DNA from: Nitrospira japonica
Lineage (GTDB): Bacteria > Nitrospirota > Thermodesulfovibrionia > Thermodesulfovibrionales > SM23-35
DNA length: 24,809 nucleotides
Reading direction: 5' to 3'
NCBI GenBank assembly: GCA_020725385.1
Contig: DYFC01000011.1
Coordinates: 1 to 24,809, forward strand
The number at the start of each line of letters is the position of its first letter. Position 1 is the stretch's first letter. The notes under the pieces were generated by a model, which saw only the letters and a list, made by a program, of their open reading frames with translations, did not search any database and was not told where the DNA came from. A program made the position numbers and the translations under genes. Positions 15,273 through 23,377 of the stretch are shown here, piece after piece.

Positions 15273-16055
15273 ATGTTAATAATAGGCGAAAAACTTAGCA
15301 TAATAGCTAAAAGAGTTAGAGAAGCAATGATGAAAAAAGACAAAGGCCCTATTCAAGACATTGCTATTTTTCAATGGAAATCCGGTGCCGGCATGATAGA
15401 TGCCAATATAGGACCCGCTGAAGACAATGGCGAAGAATTAATGGAATGGATGATAACAACGATTCAGGAAGTTGTAAAATTACCGGTTTGTCTTGATACC
15501 ACAAATTATAAAGCAATAGAAGCAGGTTTGAAAGTTCATAACAATGAATGGGGCAGGCCTTTAATTAATTCAACTTCAAATGACCCCGAAAGATTTCCGA
15601 TGCTCGAGCTTGCCGCAAAATATAACTCACAGATTATAGGTTTAACAGTTGGAAAAGGTGGACTTCCTGCAGATGCTGAAGAAAGAGCTGCAATAGCAGC
15701 AGAGATAATGGCAAGAGCTTCTGAATATGGTGTTCCACTTGAGGATTTATATCTTGACCCGCTTGTTCTCCAGATTTCTACATCACAGGATCATGCATTA
15801 AAGGTTATACAGGCTGTTAAGATGTTTCAGGAACTAAATGACCCACCCATGAAAACAGTTGTTGGTCTAAGTAATATCTCGAATGGATGTCCTAAAGAAT
15901 TAAGGCCTATTTTAAATAATCATTTTCTTTCACTTCTTGCTTATGAAGGGTTAACCGCAGCTATTGCAGATCCACATGAAATAGCACCCACCGTTAAGAC
16001 GATTGATGTAATTATGGGTAGAACACTATATGCCCATTCATATTTAGAGATGTAA
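15273..16055 (+). CDS. acsE: Methyltetrahydrofolate:corrinoid/iron-sulfur protein methyltransferase
   Basis: Pterin-binding TIM-barrel motifs MLIIGE, IDANIG, LDTTN, LINST, LDPL, VGLSNISNG; adjacent to the CFeSP genes. Confidence 0.93.
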   Translation: MLIIGEKLSIIAKRVREAMMKKDKGPIQDIAIFQWKSGAGMIDANIGPAEDNGEELMEWMITTIQEVVKLPVCLDTTNYKAIEAGLKVHNNEWGRPLINSTSNDPERFPMLELAAKYNSQIIGLTVGKGGLPADAEERAAIAAEIMARASEYGVPLEDLYLDPLVLQISTSQDHALKVIQAVKMFQELNDPPMKTVVGLSNISNGCPKELRPILNNHFLSLLAYEGLTAAIADPHEIAPTVKTIDVIMGRTLYAHSYLEM

Positions 16056-16104
16056 ATAAAAAAGTTTGCATTTCACAGACTTTCTAAACAGGAGGAAGAT
16101 TAAG

Positions 16105-17046
16105 ATGGCTTTTATCCCGCCTAAGGAAACCTATCCCGGAAGGGTGTATTCCGTCTCAATAGGAACCGGTCAAAAGGAGATTACAGTTGGTGGTGAAAAT
16201 GTTCTTTCTTTTCATTCTTTTGAGGGAACAGTTCCAAACCGTCCTTTAATTGCTCATGAAATACAGGATGTGCCTCCAACAGACTGGCCGGAAAGTGTAC
16301 AAAAACCTTATATTGATGTCTATGCGAATCCTGTATCATGGGCAAAGTATTGCCAGGATGTTTTAAATGCAAAAGCTATAGCTCTAAGACTCATAGGAAC
16401 ACATCCTGATAGAGAAAACCGCAGCGCTGAAGAAGCTGCAAGAACTGTAAAAGAGGTTGTTGATTCAATAGATATCCCTCTTATAATCTTAGGGAGTAAC
16501 CATACTGAAAAAGACTCATCTGTTTTAATCGCAGCAGCAGAAGCCTCTAAAGACAGAAATTGTATTATTGGCAAAGCACAGGAGGCAAATTATAAGACAA
16601 TTGCAGCGGCTGCTGTTGCAAATAACCATAAACTTATTGCAATGTCAGAACTAGATATAAATCTCTCAAAGCAATTAAATATCCTTATTACACAAATGGG
16701 ATTTGATAAGGAAAAAATAATAATTGACCCCATGTGTTCTGCATTGGGCTATGGTCTTGAATATACATATTCTGTTATGGAAAGAATCAGACTCGCAGGA
16801 CTTGCTCAAAATGACCCTACAATGCAACAGCCAATAATGGGTGATGTTGGTATGTATGTCTGGAAGGTAAAAGAAACTATTGCGGATGAAAAAGATGTTC
16901 CTTTATGGGGTAATACTGAGGAAAGAGGTATAACATGGGAAGCTGTTACTGCAATTAGTATGCTTATTGCCGGAGCTGAAATTTTAATAATGAGACATCC
17001 AAAAGCAATCGAAGCAATTGAAAAAATGATTGATGAGCTTATGTAA
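16105..17046 (+). CDS. acsD: Corrinoid iron-sulfur protein small subunit
   Basis: ATG at 16105 after SD AGGAGG (the track's TTG start at 16066 is less likely). VGGEN..FHSFEG, DINLSKQLN, DP..SALGYGLEYTYSVMERIRLA, LIMRHP. Confidence 0.95.
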   Translation: MAFIPPKETYPGRVYSVSIGTGQKEITVGGENVLSFHSFEGTVPNRPLIAHEIQDVPPTDWPESVQKPYIDVYANPVSWAKYCQDVLNAKAIALRLIGTHPDRENRSAEEAARTVKEVVDSIDIPLIILGSNHTEKDSSVLIAAAEASKDRNCIIGKAQEANYKTIAAAAVANNHKLIAMSELDINLSKQLNILITQMGFDKEKIIIDPMCSALGYGLEYTYSVMERIRLAGLAQNDPTMQQPIMGDVGMYVWKVKETIADEKDVPLWGNTEERGITWEAVTAISMLIAGAEILIMRHPKAIEAIEKMIDELM

Positions 17047-17112
17047 AGATTTTATTCATTAACTAAGTACGCTGTGTGAACTGATTAAACTAAGTTTTTA
17101 TGGAGGATTACA

Positions 17113-18465
17113 ATGGCATTAACCGGTGTTGAGATATTTAAACTTTTACCAAAAACCAATTGCAAAAAATGCGGCTTTCCAACCTGTCTTGCTTTTGCAA
17201 TGAAGCTTGCTCAAAGACAGGCTTCACTTGATTTATGTCCCGATGTATCTGAAGAAGCAAGGCAGAAACTCGGTGAAGCTTCAGCTCCTCCTGTAAGACC
17301 GATTACACTCGGTACAGGAGAAAGCGCAGTTAAGATGGGTGAAGAAACAGTGCTCTTCAGACATGATAAAAAATTTGTAAATCCATGCGTTTTTGCACTT
17401 GGAATAAAGGATACTTTATCTTCAGAGGAGATTGAAAAGAAAATAGATGAAGTGCGTAATTCAGTTATAGATAGAGTTGGACAAAAATTGAAAATAGATG
17501 CAATAGCATTGTTAAATGATTCAGGCAGTCCTGAAAAATTTGGAAATTTAGCTAAGATTCTTTCTGAGAAAGCTCCTGAGATTCCGGTGATATTATGTAC
17601 GACTAATTTAAGTGCAGCGGAAACATCAGCAAAACTTTATGCTGATAGGAAACCTGTTATATATGGAGCAAATTCAGAGAATTTCGAAGAAATGTCAAAA
17701 ATTGCAAAAAATTATAGGGCAACCCTCGGAATTGCAGCATCTTCTTCAGGCGGGCTTAATGAACTTTCAGAGCTTACAGAAAAAGTCAAAAAACTTGGAA
17801 TTGAAGATATGGTGATTGACTCGGGAGCAAGAAAAGCAAAAGAAATTCTTGAACATAATACTTTAATAAGAAGAGCTGCCATAAAGAAGAATTTTAAACC
17901 TCTGGGTTATCCGATCATTACTTTTGCACAGAGAGAAGATAATTTACTTGAAACACTTGTTGCCGCTTTAGGAATTACAAAATACTCTTCCATAATTGTA
18001 TTAAGTAGCATAGAAAGATGGAAAAACCTTGCATTATTTACTTTAAGACAGAATATTTATACTGACCCGCAGGTTCCTATGCAGGTTGAGCAGAAAATTT
18101 ACAAAATTGGTGAACCAACAGAGGAATCACCCCTTCTTATAACAACAAATTTCTCGCTTACATATTTTATAGTTTCCGGAGAAGTCGAAAATAGTAAAGT
18201 TGCAAGCTATCTTGCTGTTATGGATTGCGAAGGTTTATCAGTTTTAACAGCATGGGCAGCAGGAAAGTTTACAGCCTCAAAAATAGCCCAGTTTATTAAA
18301 GAAAGCGGTATAGAAGGTTCTATAAAGCACAGAGAATTGATTATACCCGGTTATGTTGCAATATTAAGCGGTTCCATAGAAGATAAACTCGAGGGATGGA
18401 AGGTAACAGTAGGTCCAAGAGAAGCAAATGGTATCCCTGCTTTTATGAAATCAAGAATGAAATAA
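17113..18465 (+). CDS. acsC: Corrinoid iron-sulfur protein large subunit
   Basis: LPKTNCKKCGFPTCLAFAMKLA...CP [4Fe-4S] motif, ETVLFRHDK, LRQNIYTDPQ, TTNFSLTYF, GLSVLTAWAAGKF. Confidence 0.97.
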   Translation: MALTGVEIFKLLPKTNCKKCGFPTCLAFAMKLAQRQASLDLCPDVSEEARQKLGEASAPPVRPITLGTGESAVKMGEETVLFRHDKKFVNPCVFALGIKDTLSSEEIEKKIDEVRNSVIDRVGQKLKIDAIALLNDSGSPEKFGNLAKILSEKAPEIPVILCTTNLSAAETSAKLYADRKPVIYGANSENFEEMSKIAKNYRATLGIAASSSGGLNELSELTEKVKKLGIEDMVIDSGARKAKEILEHNTLIRRAAIKKNFKPLGYPIITFAQREDNLLETLVAALGITKYSSIIVLSSIERWKNLALFTLRQNIYTDPQVPMQVEQKIYKIGEPTEESPLLITTNFSLTYFIVSGEVENSKVASYLAVMDCEGLSVLTAWAAGKFTASKIAQFIKESGIEGSIKHRELIIPGYVAILSGSIEDKLEGWKVTVGPREANGIPAFMKSRMK

Positions 18466-18490
18466 ATTTATTTAAAGGAGGATTTCATCA

Positions 18491-20689
18491 ATGTCTAAGA
18501 TAATAGCCTCGGCAGCAATAAGAGGCGCTAGCCGGCTTGTTAAACAGGCTGAGGAAATGCTTGAGAAGGCTATTACCGAAAAAGGCGCTGACTTTACATT
18601 TGAGTTCCCTGATACAGCTTATTATATGCCTTTAATATATGCTTTAACAGGCTTTGCTGTAAAAAATCTTGCTGATATGAAGGTAGCTTTAAGTATGGCA
18701 AAAGAGCAATTGCATTCAGAGCCAGAAGAAAAAATATGGAAGCCTTATCTTGGAGAAGCTCTCGATTCTGGTATGGCAAGTCTTTTTGCAGAAGAAATTA
18801 TTATGGCTCTGAGATACATTTATGGACTCGAACCAGCAACCGACCCTGAAACAGGATATGTTTATAATGGTTTTATAACCGATACTATCCAGAGGAATCT
18901 TGGTATTCAGCTTGTTGACGGAACAATGCCTGGATTTGCTGCTGTTATTGGAGCAGCTCCTGATGATGATACAGCAGTCTCAATAATCAGAGAGCTTCAG
19001 GAAAAAAATATCCTTATATTCCTCGCAGGACAGGTTAATGGAAACAGCGTTACAAAACAACTATTGAGAAAAGGTGTTGAACTTGGCTGGGATACAAGAA
19101 TTGTACCTGTAGGACCGGATACCGAACATACTATTTATCCACTTGATTGGTCAATAAGAGCATCATTAATTTTTGGAGGTAAAAAACCCGGGGATTTCAA
19201 AGGCCATTTAAAATATACAAAAGACAGGGTTTTTGCTTTTGCATTAGTTCTTGGTGAACTTGATGACATTAAATGGACAACAGGAGCAGGTGCTATAAAC
19301 ATGGGTTATCCTGCAATATGTGATACGGATGTGCCGGTAATTCATCCAACAGGTGTTTGCATATATGAAGAAGTTGATAAGGAGTTTGATCATTCAAAGA
19401 TTGTCCAGAAAGCTATTGAAGTAAGAGGATTAAAGATTACTATTGAGAAACCTCCTATACCGGTTGCATATGGTCCTGCATTTGAGGGTGAACGTATTCG
19501 TAAAGAGGATATGTTCATAGAGTTTGGAGGCTCACGTACTCCATCCTTTGAATGGGTACGCATGAAAGAAATGGATGAAATCGAGGACAATAAAGTTATA
19601 GTTGTTGGTGATAGCTGGAAAGAAAAATATGAAAAAGGCGGTAAGATGCCTCTTGGAATAGTTATTGATGTTGCTGGAAGAAAAATGCAGAAAGATTTTG
19701 AATCAGTTATAGAGAGGAAAATACACCATAATATAAATGAAGCGCAGGGTGTATGGCATATGGGTCAGCGAGATATAAACTGGATAAGAATAAGCAATAA
19801 TGCAAAGAAAGAAGGTTTTACTCTTGAACATCTTGGCATTATTAATTCAACAATGACCCATACAAGATTTAAATCAATTGTTGATAAAGTTCAGGTGACA
19901 ATATATACAGAAGAAGAAGATGTTCTAAAAATACAGGAAGAAGCAAGGCAATCTTATAAAGAAAGAGACCAGAGACTCGGAGGACTTATTGATGAAAATG
20001 TTGATACTTTCTATTCATGTCTTCTCTGTCAATCATTTGCTCCAAGTCATGTATGTGTCATAAGTCCGGAAAGACTTGGATTATGTGGAGCTTATAACTG
20101 GCTTGATTGTAAAGCAGCTTTTGAGATAGACCCCACTGGAGGAAACCAGCCTATTAAGAAAGGTGAATTAATTGATGCAAGATATGGAAGATATACAGGA
20201 ATTGATGAATACTTAAGAAAAGCTTCTGGTGGAGCAGTTGAAACATTAAATCTTTATACAATCATGGAGAATCCCATGACTTCATGCGGATGTTTTGAGT
20301 GCATTGTTGCTATTGTTCCTGAAGCAAATGGTGTTATGATTGTTCAGCGTGGTCATACAGGCATGACACCTGTTGGAATGAAATTTACAACACTTGCAGG
20401 CACTGTTGGAGGTGGAACACAAAATCCGGGTTTTATGGGAATCGGAAGAAATTTCATTATAAGTAGAAAATTTCTCGCAGGAGATGGCGGTATCAAACGT
20501 ATTGTATGGATGACAAAGAATCTGAAAGAGAGCTTAAGAGAAGCTTTTACAAAAAGAGCTCAGGAAGAAGGGGTACCGGATCTTCTTGATAAAATAGCTG
20601 ATGAGGATATTTGTGAAGATTCTGAAAAATTACTTGAGTTTCTATCAAGTGTTGGACATCCAGCACTTGAAATGGAATCGATACTATAA
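18491..20689 (+). CDS. acsB: Acetyl-CoA synthase (CODH/ACS alpha subunit, bacterial type with N-terminal domain)
   Basis: FPDTAYYMP; A-cluster ligands SCLLCQSFAPSHVC..PERLGLCGA and MTSCGCFEC all present. Confidence 0.97.
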   Translation: MSKIIASAAIRGASRLVKQAEEMLEKAITEKGADFTFEFPDTAYYMPLIYALTGFAVKNLADMKVALSMAKEQLHSEPEEKIWKPYLGEALDSGMASLFAEEIIMALRYIYGLEPATDPETGYVYNGFITDTIQRNLGIQLVDGTMPGFAAVIGAAPDDDTAVSIIRELQEKNILIFLAGQVNGNSVTKQLLRKGVELGWDTRIVPVGPDTEHTIYPLDWSIRASLIFGGKKPGDFKGHLKYTKDRVFAFALVLGELDDIKWTTGAGAINMGYPAICDTDVPVIHPTGVCIYEEVDKEFDHSKIVQKAIEVRGLKITIEKPPIPVAYGPAFEGERIRKEDMFIEFGGSRTPSFEWVRMKEMDEIEDNKVIVVGDSWKEKYEKGGKMPLGIVIDVAGRKMQKDFESVIERKIHHNINEAQGVWHMGQRDINWIRISNNAKKEGFTLEHLGIINSTMTHTRFKSIVDKVQVTIYTEEEDVLKIQEEARQSYKERDQRLGGLIDENVDTFYSCLLCQSFAPSHVCVISPERLGLCGAYNWLDCKAAFEIDPTGGNQPIKKGELIDARYGRYTGIDEYLRKASGGAVETLNLYTIMENPMTSCGCFECIVAIVPEANGVMIVQRGHTGMTPVGMKFTTLAGTVGGGTQNPGFMGIGRNFIISRKFLAGDGGIKRIVWMTKNLKESLREAFTKRAQEEGVPDLLDKIADEDICEDSEKLLEFLSSVGHPALEMESIL

Positions 20690-20782
20690 AGCGAACTGAG
20701 ATATGGATAACATACCATCCAGAAAATTTATTGATTATTCTTTTTTGCCATATCTTTGTATAAAAAGTTATTCGGAGGTTAT

Positions 20783-22768
20783 ATGGATAAGGTAATTAAG
20801 AGTGCTAATGAAGCTGCTGAGAAAATAATTGAGTGGAGCGAAGAGCATAAAATTGAAACATGTTTTGACAGAGCTCAAAGGATGAAACCATGTCCTATAG
20901 GAGCTTCTGGCGCATGTTGCAAGATATGCCATATGGGACCATGCAGGCTTGTTAGAGCTTCTTCTGAAGAGGAAACAACAGGAGTTTGTGGAGCTACAGT
21001 TTCAACTATTTCTGCAAGAAATCTTTTAAGAATGGCTGTTGCAGGCTCTGCTGCTCATTCAGATCATGCACGTGATATGGCTTTTACTCTTCTTGCTGCA
21101 GCTGAGGGAGAAGCAAAGGATTTTGCTGTAAAAGATGTAAGAAAGCTATACAGAGTTGCAGGAATTCTCAATATTGAATTCGAAGGAAGACCTGTAAATG
21201 ACGTAGCCAGAGATGTTGCATTAAAGTTAATTGAAGATTTTGGAAGACAAAAAGGTGAAATAAATTTCATAAAAAGAGCACCTAAAAAAACAATCGAAAG
21301 ATGGAAAAAATGGGGAATAATTCCAAGAGGAGTTGATAGAGAAATTGCAGAAGCTATGCATAGAACTCATATGGGTGTTGACCATGATCCTGACAATTTG
21401 CTTTTGAGCGCCCTGAAAGTATCATTGGCAGATGGCTGGGGTGGTTCTATGATATCAACTGATATTACTGATATTCTTTTCGGAACACCTGCACCTGTAA
21501 GATCTGAAGCAAGTTTTGGGATATTCAAGGAAGATGAAGTTAATCTTGTAGTTCACGGACATGAGCCTTCTCTGGCAGAGATGATTGTTGATGTTGTTAA
21601 TGAACCAGAAATGATTGAATACGCTAAATCAAAAGGAGCAAAAGGTATTAATCTCGGCGGAATGTGCTGTACGGCTAATGAAGTCTTAATGAGACATGGG
21701 ATACCAACAGCAGGTGGTTTTACCAATCAGGAACTTGCGATATTAACTGGTCTTGTAGATGCAATTACTGTTGATGTTCAGTGTATCATGCCTTCACTTG
21801 CAGAACTTTCTAAGAAGTTCCATACAAAATTAATTACAACTTCGTATAAAGCAAAAACGCCAGGTGCAATGCATATTCAATATGATGAACACAGGGCAAG
21901 AGAGATAGCCCGTGAAATAGTCAGGACGGCCATTGATAATTTTCAGAATAGAAAAACAGAAGGAAGCCATATTTCTGATAAATTCCCTGTAATTGCAGGG
22001 TTCTCTCATGAGTATATTGAGTACATGCAGGGAGGAAGATGGAGAGCATCATTCAGACCACTAAATGATGCGATAATTGCTGGTAGAATTAGAGGTGTGG
22101 TTGGTCTCGCTGGTTGTGATAATCCAAGATTTCCATCTCAAGGATTACACCGTTTTCTTGCAACCGAGCTTATAAAGAGTGATGTCCTCATAGTATCAAC
22201 AGGATGTGGTTCTGCTGCATGTGGAACCGCAGGATATTTAACACCTGAAATGGCATTGGAACACGCAGGCCCTGGATTAAGAGAAGTGTGTGAGGCGATT
22301 GGAATTCCACCAATATTGCATCTCGGAGCCTGTGTTGATAATTCAAGGATATTAACAATAGTTTCTGCAATGGCAGAAGAAGGAGGGCTTTCCGATGAAA
22401 TAGGTGGCATGCCTGCTGTTGGTATAGCTCCTGAGTGGATGTCCGAGAAAGCGATTGCAATTGGCTGTTATCTTGCAGCATCAGGTGTTCCTGTTATTTT
22501 TGGTGGAGATTCACCTGTAGAAGCAAGTCAGGAAGTAACACATATCATGACAGAAGTTTGGTTCGAAAGATTCAGAGGAGCAATGCATTTCGAGCCTGAC
22601 CCTGAGAAAATATTGAGCATGACACTCGATTATATTGACAGGGCACGAGAAGCTCTAAAACTTAGAAAATATGAGCCAGGAAAATTTGGGGCAGAAAGAG
22701 TATTAATGGATATGTCAACAAGAAGGGAGCTTGAAAAGGCTGCTAAACCACATTTGGGAATATATTAA
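20783..22768 (+). CDS. acsA: Anaerobic Ni-CO dehydrogenase catalytic subunit (AcsA/CooS)
   Basis: ATG at 20783 after SD GGAGGT. D/B-cluster PCPIGASGACCKICHMGPC..GVCG; C-cluster ligands HGHEP, GMCCT, DVQC, AGCDN, TGCG, GACVDNSR; catalytic AHSDH and EWMSEKA. Confidence 0.97.
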   Translation: MDKVIKSANEAAEKIIEWSEEHKIETCFDRAQRMKPCPIGASGACCKICHMGPCRLVRASSEEETTGVCGATVSTISARNLLRMAVAGSAAHSDHARDMAFTLLAAAEGEAKDFAVKDVRKLYRVAGILNIEFEGRPVNDVARDVALKLIEDFGRQKGEINFIKRAPKKTIERWKKWGIIPRGVDREIAEAMHRTHMGVDHDPDNLLLSALKVSLADGWGGSMISTDITDILFGTPAPVRSEASFGIFKEDEVNLVVHGHEPSLAEMIVDVVNEPEMIEYAKSKGAKGINLGGMCCTANEVLMRHGIPTAGGFTNQELAILTGLVDAITVDVQCIMPSLAELSKKFHTKLITTSYKAKTPGAMHIQYDEHRAREIAREIVRTAIDNFQNRKTEGSHISDKFPVIAGFSHEYIEYMQGGRWRASFRPLNDAIIAGRIRGVVGLAGCDNPRFPSQGLHRFLATELIKSDVLIVSTGCGSAACGTAGYLTPEMALEHAGPGLREVCEAIGIPPILHLGACVDNSRILTIVSAMAEEGGLSDEIGGMPAVGIAPEWMSEKAIAIGCYLAASGVPVIFGGDSPVEASQEVTHIMTEVWFERFRGAMHFEPDPEKILSMTLDYIDRAREALKLRKYEPGKFGAERVLMDMSTRRELEKAAKPHLGIY

Positions 22769-22810
22769 GTTTACACGGTTTACACAGTTTACTTGGTTAA
22801 CTTGGTTAAA
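22769..22810. repeat. Degenerate 9-bp tandem repeat, about 4.7 copies
   Basis: GTTTACACG GTTTACACA GTTTACTTG GTTAACTTG GTTAAA, beginning at the base after the acsA stop codon. Confidence 0.85.
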
Positions 22811-22846
22811 TAAATGATGCAAGAATAATCTTAATTTTATGGAGGC

Positions 22847-23335
22847 ATGATGAAAGTAGAAGAAATCGATGTAGATAATCAGGTTGGTGAAGTTAGTGAG
22901 ATTTTATCTCAAAATGAAAAGACAAAAGGGATACTTATACATGTGCTCCAGCAGATTCAGGAAGACATGGGGTATCTTCCCGATGAAGTGCTAAGGAGAT
23001 TAGCAAAAAAGCTTGATATACCTTTGAGCGAGATATATAGTGTTGCGAGTTTTTATAAAATGTTTCACTTTAAGCCAAGAGGTAAAAAGGTTGTGAGGGT
23101 ATGTCTCGGGACAGCCTGTTATGTAAGAGGCGCAAAAAAGGTTCTCAATATGCTTGAAAATGAATTTGGAGTAAAAAGCGGGGAGACAACTGAAGACCTT
23201 ACAATGACACTTGAAACAGTTGGTTGTGTAGGATGCTGTGGACTTGCGCCTGTTGCAACAATAAATGAGAATGTGGTTGGAGAAATAATAGGCACTAAAA
23301 AGCTCAATAAGTTAATTGATAATATACGGGAATAA
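22847..23335 (+). CDS. NuoE/HydC(BfuC)-like [2Fe-2S] subunit
   Basis: LIHVLQQIQEDMGYLP, YSVASFYKMF, RVCLGTACYVRG and VGCVGCCGLAP (Cx4C..Cx3C). The second ATG (22850) fits the GGAGG spacing better. Confidence 0.93.
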   Translation: MMKVEEIDVDNQVGEVSEILSQNEKTKGILIHVLQQIQEDMGYLPDEVLRRLAKKLDIPLSEIYSVASFYKMFHFKPRGKKVVRVCLGTACYVRGAKKVLNMLENEFGVKSGETTEDLTMTLETVGCVGCCGLAPVATINENVVGEIIGTKKLNKLIDNIRE

Positions 23336-23377
23336 TATATATTAATTTTTATTTGTATTCTTTAAGGAGATTTTTCT

